A program made the position numbers and the translations under genes. Below, one piece after another: positions 1-10,958 of a DNA stretch of 64,000 bases (within the stretch, counting starts at the first letter, position 1; the number at the start of each line of letters is the position of its first letter). The notes below the pieces were generated by a model. That model did not search any database and was not told where the DNA came from. It worked only from the letters and a program-made list of their open reading frames with translations. Source of the DNA: Macrostomum hystrix (Eukaryota > Animalia > Platyhelminthes); assembly GCA_950097015.1 (NCBI GenBank), contig CATNEN010000037.1:2976001-3040000 (forward strand), in the 5' to 3' direction.

Positions 1-436
1 CACGGATTTGGGGTTTGGCGCTGAAGTGTGAGCGAATCTGGTTCGCAATAACACAAAGTTGACCCCTTGCGAAGGGTCATGCCGCAGCCAGCAATCACAC
101 TCAGTCATACTTACGCAGGCACACAGTCACAATGGTGAGTACATCTGGCCTTGAGTTTTTCATCATCAGGCAGTGTAAAATTTCACCTTAATGGGCGTAA
201 ATCGGAGTCAAACTCAGGGACTTTGGTAGGTCAGCTGCGTCACCAGTCCGCATATGGAGCCTCGGAATAGTAAGAGTTGCGCGGCGCATCCAAATACCAC
301 TCGCAGGCAAAATTTCTACCCCATTTAATTGCGGGAAAAATTTAAGTATTAGCAAATTAACTGTCTTGGTAGCTCATTTAGGACAAGCTGTTACCCTCAG
401 GTACAAGCTTCCCTTTTCCCAGAGCCAGTGTCGCAC

Positions 437-1542
437 CTGACAGGCGCCCATGCCGCAGTAGACGCCTAGTCCGAGCAGTTCGGAGTAGCGAATGGCAGCC
501 GGCAGGAAGCCAGTCAGCAGAGCCGAGGCCGCCAGGCTCGCCGAGTCCACCAGGAACGGCTCCAGGCGGGTGCCCATGTAGCCAAAGGCCAGGTTGCCAA
601 GGGTGAAAGCGGCTCCATAGCCGGCGGGAAACAGGGCGATGCGATCCTCTGGCACGGACAGCTCACTGGCCATCACCGGCACAAAGTTGATGGCCGTCAC
701 CATGCTGAATATCTGTTAATTTTATTTAGGGTTTTTATATTTGCACGCACACAAGTTGCTGTTTACAGCAAAATAGATAGCTGAAACACCTGAAGCAAAG
801 CTGCAAAGTAGAACAGCCCCGTGTCCGGTCCGCAGATCTTCAAAAGTTCCGTAGCTCTCGCCAAGCGGTCTCCACTAGTCGTCGCGTCCGCCTTAACATC
901 CACTTCCTCGCATTCTGCTCGAGTTGATGCATCCTCCAGAGGCAGATCGAGGCTCAACACTGGCCTCGGGCGGATGAGCAGAGCCAGAGCACCTGCGTTC
1001 AGAGACACTGCTCCAAGGAGGAGAGCGGCCCCGCGCCAGGTGAAGGCGCCGATCAGCATCTGAGTGATGGGCGCCGAAATGAGCAGTCCTGCACCGCAGC
1101 CGCTTGCGACGACTCCGCTCGCCAGGGCGAGTCGACGGTTGAAGTTGTAGGCCAGCAGCGTCATGGGGAAGAAGTACAGACCCTCGGCTGCGAGCGGCAC
1201 CATCAGACCGAAGGTCGGCAGCAGGAGGCGCGCATCGGCAGCGAAGTAGCTCAGGCTGTAGCCAGCGAACATGCACAATGAGCTGCCTACGGCGACTCGC
1301 CGCTCGCCCTGAGAGCGCACCAGAAGCGCCATCAGGGGCGACATGAGCTGTCCGGCGCCGTAGGTCATGCCATAGACAACGGTGAGCAGGCCGGTCTGCT
1401 GTGGGAAGGCCTCCAGGTGGGCGGCATAAAAGAGGCCGCTGATATTGTACGAGCTGTCAGCGACCAGAGAAGCAATAAAGCCGATGAGCAAAATTGTTGC
1501 CTTGTACGCTTTGGAGAATTTTTTATCCTCGACTTTCCCCAT
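437..1542 (-). CDS. MFS transporter, SLC16/monocarboxylate-transporter-like; exons 790-1542 and 437-712; remaining 3' part not located
   Basis: Hydrophobic ORF with SLC16-like segments (YNFNRRLALASGVVASGCGAG, FTWRGAALLLGAVSLNAGALALLIRP). ATG at 1542. Phase-0 intron CAG|GTGTTT ... TAACAG|ATA joins the two ORFs. Likely next donor is GTGCGA at 436. Confidence 0.8.
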
Positions 1543-3485
1543 TGCAGACAATGAGTAGAGAAAAACAAAATACTGAGTGGATTGGGATTTTGTAGGTACT
1601 TCTAAGATCGTGCCAGGTCATTGCTTGCCTAGCTTCTCTAGCCTTTTATACCAGACTTCCCTTCTAGACCGGCCATGCTTGTTCATTCTGGCGTCGCACC
1701 CAATAAGCTGCCAGCTTCCCTCGGCCCCTGCTGTACTAATTTTACTGCGTGCGCACATAGAAGTCTCGGTGGGGACGAGGGGAGGCAGACCTGGAGGCTT
1801 TGGTCGTGCACAACGAGCACTCGCTCTCTCTTTCTTTTTCCACCCCTCCGTTTCTTTGTAAGCCTCCAGCTGAGAGAGTGCAGTTATGTTGTTTTTCAAT
1901 TTGACCTGAGGCTAGCTACAAGCTTAACAGCTTTGTACTGGACGAACAGAACAAAAAAGGTTCCCGATGTGCGCTGTTTGCCCATGGTTTGTGGCTTGTC
2001 AGTCGATTCCACAATGTGATTAAGCTGAGACAAATTGTTACAACAGGCAGTCATGTTGGAATCGCAAAAACTGCGAACTGTGGTGATTCGGGTTCCCAGG
2101 GTTTAGCGGGACAAAGTCAATATTAGAGTTACGAAAAGTACTTTTAAGTAGCAAAATTCTAAGTAAGGAAGTCATGATCATGCCTATAGGGAGAGCAAGA
2201 TATTAATTATCATGGCAAATTTGAGCGAGATGTTCCTTCTTGCATGCAATCCAAGTCCTTGGTTTGCAGCCCTGCGTTCCGAGACCTGGACGCTGACGGA
2301 CTCTCTCGATCAGCAAGTCGGCGCACGCTAACCGCCCTTGTCATCATCATCATCACCAAGTGCTGCTTCATCTTCTTCTTCTTGCTATTTTTTAGCGACG
2401 CGGGACTGGCGGCTTCGGCGGCGATCAACGGCGGTGGCGGGGACCCAGACGAGCCACACAAACAGCGCGTCCGAAGGTCTCCCATGCAGCAGGATGGTCT
2501 CGCTTCGGTGTGGTCAGGCCCGAACGACTGCCTGCTGGCTGACGCTCGCGCCACGGACTCTGCCGACGGTGCAGCCTTTGTCCGCGTCTAGGCTCTGAAG
2601 CACCATGTTACCTGTCAGAGTTTCATGTCTCAATGCAACGTCGACTTAGCTGCAGGGGGGCATCTTCCGGATGCAGCGGTAAGGCGTCGCCGCCCATTCC
2701 GCTACAATGCAACCTAGGACAATGCTAAGCAAAAGCATCAATAAAAAAATAGCACTTTGTTTGTCATTCTAAGTTCTGGTGTTATTCAGGATAATAAATG
2801 TCACCCGAAGTCACATTCCTTTCTATACGTGCGAATTTCCAGAATTGTTGTCGTCTCTGTTTTCTGCCCTCTATTCACTCCTTCGTTCTCAGCACTTTTC
2901 TTGTTTACATCGTCCAGTTCGATCTAGTTCTTTCTCTCTCTCGTTATCTCTCCCTTCCTCCTTTCTGATTGGTTGCCACCTTACCCCAACTGCTAAACAT
3001 TCTTATCTCTCTCCCAGTTGGTTCAATGTCACATTTGGCTCTGTCATAGTTCCTTAATTAACAAAAAATCAACTGCATCTTTCTTATTTTTTAACGACAC
3101 TTATGAAGGTACGTTTTCCTCCGCATGACCGTCATGAACACGAGCGTGGGATCGAATCCCGCCTTCATTGATTTGCCTAATATGATCAGCGAATACAAAT
3201 ATTAGCTGTAGCATTGCAAAAATCTGAGTTGCTTGTATTGATTCCTGATGTTTTTAACGTTGAAAACGTCAGGCACAGTCGCTATGCAAACAAGATAAAG
3301 GTAAGCATACAGAAGAAACGAATGGGCAAGTTTAATTAATCATCTTTAATGATAAGCCAGAAAAGTAAATATTGCGACGATTTGCCCTCTGAAATATGAA
3401 TGTGCCTTTTGCCCGCAACTAGTTCAGAAGCTCGGGGCCAAGTGAGAGATGGTGCTTCGCCCAGTGTATTGCGTCTCCACGCGCG

Positions 3486-5346
3486 ATGATTTCTGAAATG
3501 TTTTCAACCAGCCAACTCCTTCAGCTACTGGAGCTGCTGTACGATGGTCGACCTGCGGACTTTCATCGCGAGCTCAAAAGCCTTCCAGTGGACGATCGGC
3601 TGCGATTGTTACGCCTGGGGGACAGTCCGACAGACGATGCTCAAGAACTACTGCGGCCGCTGCGGCCTCAGCGTCGGCCAGAGTCATTGGAGCGTCGACC
3701 GCGGCCTCTACTCGACATTTTTTTAAGCCGACACCTGCCACTGGCCCGCCTGGCCATCGACTGCCTGAAAACTGAGGCTGCAGACTCTGACAGCCTCCTG
3801 CTGTTCCGTCTGGTGGACCATTGCTGCCGGGAGCCACAGCAGGAAGAAAAGTCGTTGGCTGACTTCTTCGCCAAGCTTGGTTCAAGTCATCCAGTCGAAT
3901 GCCGCCGCCTCTTGGAGGCGGAGGCCACGGCTGAGCAGCTGCGGCCCTTGGAGTACGCTGCCGTCTGGCACTGCTTTCACCTGGCCACCGTGTTTCTCGA
4001 ATTGTCATCGATATCGTCAATTTCAGCATCCGGTCAATACCGCCTGACAGAGTGGGACATCAGCGAGTACCGATGGGTCACAGGGTCACGCTTTCCCAAG
4101 TCGCCTTTCTTACTCTTTGGCTTGGCTGTTCAATCCCAGATCGACCAAACATTGCCAGACGCATTTGCCAGGTTCTACCGCTGCCCAGCTACAGCTGCCT
4201 ACGCGACTGCAATTGCTGCAGCATTTCCTGCGATGCGCATGGCCCCATTGTTTGCAACACTATGCCTGCTGATGCACTTGTACGGCACGTATTCACTCAC
4301 AGTAAGAATTTTCACGGCCGACACTTTCCGCGCCAACGCCACGGTGATTCTCGGCAACCCTGGCTCCAGCAGCGTCAATACGTACATAAGCCGGCTGCCG
4401 CCAATCGGACTCGAGCTGGCTCGGTTTGGCACCCACATGCGCCAGGCTGGCCAAGTCCTGCTAGTACTCATCAGCAGTGTGGGCCTGGCATTGCAGGCTG
4501 CCGGAAACTCCACCATGCTCCCACCTGCACGTAGACGATACCTACCGATGCACTGGCTGCGCAGCCTGTTCCTGTTCCGGCACGACGTCTACGACGGCCT
4601 CCTGTTGGGCTTTGTCATCGGCTGGCGTCACGATTCTAGGGCTGGAGATCGCCTTCTTCTGGCCGGGCATCGGCAACTACGAGGAGCGGCCTGGACTGTC
4701 GGCTATATTGAAGCTAGATTCACTGCGATTGCTGTTCACGACGCAGATGAATGGACTTCTGTTCCTCATGCTGGGCCTCTCAGTGCACCTGGCATATCGG
4801 CATCGCACCTTCTTCAACCTGCTGCACTGCATTCAGGAGTGCATGAAGGTTCTCTACCTGCTATTTTTACCCATGGTCCTAATCAGCGTGTCTGTCGCAC
4901 TGACGCTGCCGCAGTCGGCCGACAGAATCTCTCCGCAGTCATCTACGAATTCACTGCCAGAAGGCATTGACATCAACGCCTACGCCTTCATGACCCTGCT
5001 GTGGGACTGCTGCACAGCCGTGTTTCGCTTCACCTTCAGCTTCGGCGACTTCGCGGTGTCCCCAGCTGGCGGCCTGCTGGCCTGGGCGCAGCCGGCGCTC
5101 TATTCCCTGCTGGGCATCTTCCTGGTGAACTTCTGCATCGCCAGGTTCACTCGCCAGCTCAGCCTGATGGAGCAGCAGCCGAATCTGCTGCCCAGAGTCG
5201 AGCTGACTAGCAAGCTGCACGGCTACTGCCTGGCCTTGTGGCGACTGCGGCAATTGATCATCCGACGGCATCGGGTGGCACCACAGTGGCAGCTGCCGCT
5301 GGTAGTTAGAACTCATCAGCTGCGGTCTGACCTGGTCACAGAGTAG
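3486..5346 (+). CDS. TRPV-like cation channel, intronless, with one +1 frameshift near 4620 (pseudogene or assembly error)
   Basis: ORFs 3486-4970 and 4477-5346 overlap. Removing one G of GG at 4620-4621 gives a continuous TM helix GLLLGFVIAGVTILGLEIAF and ~619 aa. Pore-helix-like VFRFTFSFGDF (cf. TRPV LFKFTIGMGDL), S6-like LGIFLVNFCIARF, and a degenerate ankyrin-like RPLEYAAVW. Confidence 0.6.
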
Positions 5347-6254
5347 CTTTAGTGCTCAAAAAGTCTCTGGTATTGTGGGCTTGCTAATCACAACTAACAT
5401 TGTGATTTGATAACAAGAGTTCAAAGCTCATAAAGGAATTATTTATGTTTGCTTGACTAAAAAAATCTAACCCGATTCGGCTTATACAATTCGAGTTGAA
5501 AAAAAACTTGCAATAAAAAGGCTGTGTTGTACCCAATCTTTCAAAATGAATGTTGGACTCAATCAAAGTACTCGTAATTTTATAGCATATTAGAAAGTAG
5601 ACCAGTTGCGAGCGTTAGGCAATTCTGATCATACTCGCGCACAGATTCTGTACGCTGGCACACTTACGCAGGTGTGTACACCTTGCTCTGAATTTCTGAT
5701 TGTCAGGCTGTGTACACTATCAATGAGCCTTGGGGGTTAACGTGACTGCGCATCAAGTTAATGTATTTCGGCTGAATGGGGAAAATTGTCAGCTTGATAT
5801 CAAAGACAGTTCTGATCTGATTGGTTTCAGCTAGTTGCAAATTTACGAGGCCTCGTTGCGGATGTGAACTCAGGACCCTTGATGCGCGAATAAGACGCGT
5901 TACATCTGACACCGCAAAATCATTTTACTCAATCTTATATCTACATTTTATTTTTAATTAAAAATAATCAAAAATAATAATTTAAAATAATTTTTTTATA
6001 AAAAAAATGTTTTTTTGACGGGACGCAAAAATAAATGAACAGCCTGACTGCAGAAGATAATACGAGACTTTGTTCAACAATAGGAAAAATCCTATTGTTA
6101 GAAGCGCGCAAAAAACTGTTAAACAGAAACGCAGTTTGTACAGAAAAATGAAATTAATGCTTGTTGCAAACAGTAGAGCATGGATGTAGAAAAAAATCAA
6201 ATTGACCCAGCTCCGTGTAAAAGCTGACAAAAGTCCAAACGCAGTAAAAAATAT

Positions 6255-8247
6255 TTATAGTTTCAGCTCACAGATAGTCAAATCCCCAAAGTCATCACCG
6301 ATTAGCAGAATTTGACGATCTTCTGAAATATGCACTAGCTCCAATGATGTCACCTCTTTGCCATCTCTGGAATAGCGAATGTCAACCTGTGGGTTTAAAC
6401 GGGGCGATTGCAATTTAATTACAGCCCAAAATGGGTTAAAAGGAATAGTTGGAATTCCACTGCAAGACTTACCAACTCAAGATCGATTCTGGAAGCTGTC
6501 AAAGTTGCCAGCCACACTTTGACCTCGCCTGCCTGACAGCCAGTAGCCAGCAGGGCGGCGCTGCCACGAGCTCCACGAGACAGTGCGCACACCGCGGTGA
6601 GGCGACTGAGGTGGCACTGGTGGAGGAGAAAAACGAGTTGTTGATCTTTGGGATTAATATTGAACAACAACAGGAAAAGGCTCGCGTCTTAGGCCCAGAG
6701 CTCCCACCAAGGAAGGTGACCTCCTGCCAAGGTGCCTGAGCTCGAATCCGCGGTGAAGTCATATCAACTTCGGGCGCAGACGTGGAGAGAAGAAACGAGA
6801 AATTTATGCCCATGACGTACAGTACACTCGCTGACTCCTGAGCACACACTCACGCAGGTGTATGCATCTAGACATAACTTTCTTATCATCAAGCCATGTA
6901 AACTTTCACTGTGCCTTGGAGGTTGGCGCTCAAGGGCCTAAATTTCTCGAAAAGCCCGAAGCCTTCTCTCCGAACACCAGATTATGATTGCGGCCTCGCC
7001 GCGGAATCGAGCGGAATCGAATTTGGGTTTCAACTAGCAAGGAATTTACCGGAGACCGTTTCCACTCAACTCACCGGTTGCGCCTCGAGCCTAGCCAGCA
7101 GCTCGCCAGTCGGCCCAATGGCCAGCAGGTCCAGGTGTCCCATCCGGGAGCAGCCGTACATCAGCAGCGTGGTCGAAGAGTCCGTGAATGGGCAGGCTCG
7201 AGTGGGCTGTAATTCACCAGGTCGTAGATCGAACTGGTCGAAGGACAGGCTGCAAATCCTGGCGCCGCCGCCGCTGCTGCGCCTTCGATCGCGACTGCGG
7301 CCTCGCTTGGACTGCGGACTCGGGAACACAATCCGGACGGATTCTCGAAGACGACGCATTAAGAAAGCGCAGCCGCAGCCTCCGGCAGCCACCGATGAGA
7401 GAAGCACGACTCGACTGCTTTGAGGTCCGCCTTGGAGCAAAGTTCGCATGCCGAGCTTCGTATTGTCGACATCCAATTGGAGGACTTTTCCGTCTAGACA
7501 CCCGACTAGCAGGCGATTGCTCGAAGCCGCCTCCAGACAGCTGACAGATGAATCAAAATGTTGCACTGCGCAGCAATCTGGCAGCTGCCGGTCCCTGTTG
7601 ATGGCCTCTTCAATCATCATCGCCTCCAGCGGCAGCAGCAGCACGTCCCGTCGGTTGGGACCAACCACCGCCAACCGACCATGGGACATGTAGGCCAGGC
7701 AGTCGACGCTGCAGCCAACTCGATGCCGTCCAGCGAGCTGCCGTCTGGTCCTGCAGTCCCACAGCAAAAGGCATCCGTCCGAGCCTCCAGTCGCTACCAG
7801 ATTTTTCCATCGGGCAGTAGCAAATGGACGTCACCGCACCGGAGTGACCAGAACTAACCGACGTTGAGTGCTGTTGATCGCAGATTTCGGGACAGTCGTC
7901 GACGAAATAAGGTTCGACTAAAGCGGTCAGAGTTAGCGGATCGTCGGGTGTTAGGCCTCCGAAAAAAGACTGTAGGAACAGGAAGCGGTGAGAGGGTGCG
8001 CAATAGCAGTGATGGCTGAGAACGCGATTATTTTCAGAAAAACACACAAACGATGATCGAAAACCAGTAATTTTAAACACTTTTCCAAGAAACACAGAAA
8101 AATTATATAAATCAGCAATTTGAAATATTTTTGTTAAAGTCTTACCTCGCTCAGGTCCTGCGACGGCCACCACTTGGCATCGTCAGCGTTGTCAGTGCTT
8201 TCAGTGTAGCTGGAAGTTGGCGTTCCACTACTGTATTCGCTCTCCAT
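6255..8247 (-). CDS. WD40-repeat protein; exons 8146-8247, 7075-7969, 6473-6735, 6255-6386; two apparent frameshifts (~7805, ~6680)
   Basis: WD motifs GHSGAVTSICYC..KNLVATGGSDGCLLLWD and HQCHLSRLTAVC..LLATGCQAGEVKVW. Canonical donors GTAAGA, GTGAGT and GTAAGT, with CAG acceptors. Frame switches fall in short homopolymer runs. Confidence 0.7.
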
Positions 8248-8629
8248 TTGGATTTTCAATATACTCGTATAGCATCTATGAAGACATGCATGCATTGCAG
8301 CAAGATTATAGTCTTTTATTCACACTACGGTATGTACGCCTTGCGATGGTGTTACTCTCGACTGGAGTCTGAGTACAATAGAGACATATTTTTAGATATT
8401 ACGATAGAAACGCACTGTCTCCTTCTGGCTTTTTACATCATTTCTATATATTTGCTGCTCAATGCACTAAAACTAGGAACAAGGGATTCTCAATAAGAAA
8501 AAATTGCGTTGACAGAACCCGACGATAAAAAAAGAACTGACGACTAAAATACAAGTAAAATCATTACACCGAAATTATATGCCTCGCGGCTAATTGCAAA
8601 GAAAGTTCTTTTTGTTAAACTTAAAATGT

Positions 8630-10095
8630 CTCACTGAATGTCTCACTCCCAGTTAGCCTTTCAACAGCCGAATGTCTAAACTCCAGTTAGCCTTTCAACA
8701 GTAGAATGTCTAAACTCCAGTTAGCCTTTCAACAGCCGAATGTCTAAACTCCAGTTAGCCTTTCAACAGCCGAATGTCTAAACTCCAGTTAGCCTTTCAA
8801 CAGCCGAATGTCTAAACTCCAGTTAGCCTTTCAACAGCCGAATACCTAAACTCCAGTTAGCCTTTCAACAGTAGAATGTCTAAACTCCAGTTAGCCTTTC
8901 AACAGCCGAATGTCTAAACTCCAGTTAGCCTTTCAACAGTAGAATGTCTAAACTCCAGTTAGCCTTTCAACAGCCGAATGTCTAAACTCCAGTTAGCCTT
9001 TCAACAGTAGAATATCTAAACTCCAGTTAGCCTTTCAACAGCCGAATGTCTAAACTCCAGTTAGCCTTTCAACAGCCGAATACCTAAACTCCAGTTAGCC
9101 TTTCAACAGCCGAATACCTAAACTCCAGTTAGCCTTTCAACAGTAGAATGTCTAAACTCCAGTTAGCCTTTCAACAGCCGAATGTCTAAACTCCAGTTAG
9201 CCTTTCAACAGTAGAATGTCTAAACTCCAGTTAGCCTTTCAACAGCCGAATACCTAAACTCCAGTTAGCCTTTCAACAGTAGAATGTCTCACTCCAGTTA
9301 GCCTTTCAACAGTAGAATGTCTAAACTCCAGTTAGCCTTTCAACAGCCGAATGTCTAAACTCCTGTTAGCCTTTCAACAGTAGAATGTCTAAACTCCAGT
9401 TAGCCTTTCAACAGCCGAATGTCTAAACTCCAGTTAGCCTTTCAACAGTAGAATGTCTCACTCCAGTTAGCCTTTCAACAGTAGAATGTCTCACTCCAGT
9501 TAGCCTTTCAACAGTAGAATGTCTAAACTCCTGTTAGCCTTTTAACAGAAGAATGTCTCAACTCCAGTTAGCCTTTCAACAGCCGAATGTCTCACTCCCA
9601 GTTAGCCTTTCAACAGTAGAATGTCTCACTCCAGTTAGCCTTTCAACAGTAGAATGTCTCACTCCAGTTAGCCTTTCAACAGTAGAATGTCTCACTCCAG
9701 TTAGCCTTTCAACAGTAGAATGTCTCACTCCAGTTAGCCTTTCAACAGTAGAATGTCTCACTCCAGTTAGCCTTTCAACAGTAGAATGTCTCACTCCAGT
9801 TAGCCTTTCAACAGTAGAATGTCTCACTCCAGTTAGCCTTTCAACAGTAGAATGTCTCACTCCAGTTAGCCTTTCAACAGAAGAATGTCTCACTCCAGTT
9901 AGCCTTTCAACAGAAGAATGTCTCACTCCAGTTAGCCTTTCAACAGAAGAATGTCTCAACAGTTAGCCATTCAACAGTAGAATGTCTCAACTCCAGCTAG
10001 CCTTTCAACAGCCGAATGTCTCAACAGTTAGCAATTCAACAGCCGAATGTCTCAACTCCAGCTAGCCTTTCAACAGCTGAATATCTCACTTCCAG
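8630..10095 (+). repeat. Minisatellite, 33-34 bp unit CTCCAGTTAGCCTTTCAACAG(CCG/TAG)AATGTC(TAAA/TCA), ~43 copies
   Basis: Direct tandem copies; 34-bp units on the left, 33-bp units on the right, degenerate at both ends. Confidence 0.97.
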
Positions 10096-10958
10096 TTAAC
10101 ATTGAAGTACACAACCCATTTCACCTCCGATCAAGAGAGCGCTCAATGTTTACATGTTTACAAATCGAAGTTTGTCAGAAAGAAAGAAATAATTAATACA
10201 AACAAGATACGCTCGTCAATATCTGCGTCAATAATAACCTGAAAATCTACATTTCCTACAGCAGACCTCGTAACTAAAGCATACTTTATTAGAATACATC
10301 AAGATCAGTTAACTGAGCTGCAGAAGGCTTTTAACAAATTTGTCAATTATTTTGATTTACTAGTATATTTTTACTAAAAACTAAAAGGTCAGCGCTGTCC
10401 CCATTCACAGGGAAGGCTACTAATGTTGACGAGGGCGATACACTGAGGAAGGCGGGTGTCATCAGACTCTGACACGCAAAAAAGTTAACGCAAAAATCTA
10501 ACTAAAGCCATTACGCAATCAGATTTTTTGTTGTTTTTATATTTGATTTTTTTTGTCGCTACCTTTGTCCTACCTACATGTGTCCTACACAACGACTGAA
10601 TCAAGATGAGTAGGGCTAGATGGACATAGCGAGTCCGTATATAGCTAGCTCAATACTGAAAAAACACCAAACAAGCGCAGCATGCTACTTTTGTAAGTAG
10701 TTTCAGACGCAGGTCGAAAAAACGATTTTTGCGAAATAAATCAACTTCACCGTTGGCAACGTAATTGACGAAATGGGGAAAATTCCGTATTTAATTTAGG
10801 ATTTGGTTATTAAATCTACTATTAGTAGTATGGTTACAATAATTTACGGACATCCGTTTCTGCGCATGGCATCCAAACTCAATGAATCAGTGAGGCAGTT
10901 AAACAAAATTAGACTTGTGTGTGTTTCTGTGGGCATCTTTTCCCAACCGAATAGGGGA

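Noticed and set aside
95-205. A further minus-strand MFS exon ending at a GTAAGT donor near 114
   Set aside because: The sequence matches the body of SINE family A (cf. 30870-30990).
2210-2598. Overlapping GC-rich ORFs on both strands upstream of the MFS gene
   Set aside because: Low-complexity, with no recognisable homology and no consistent splice model. They may be a 5' exon or UTR, but this cannot be supported.
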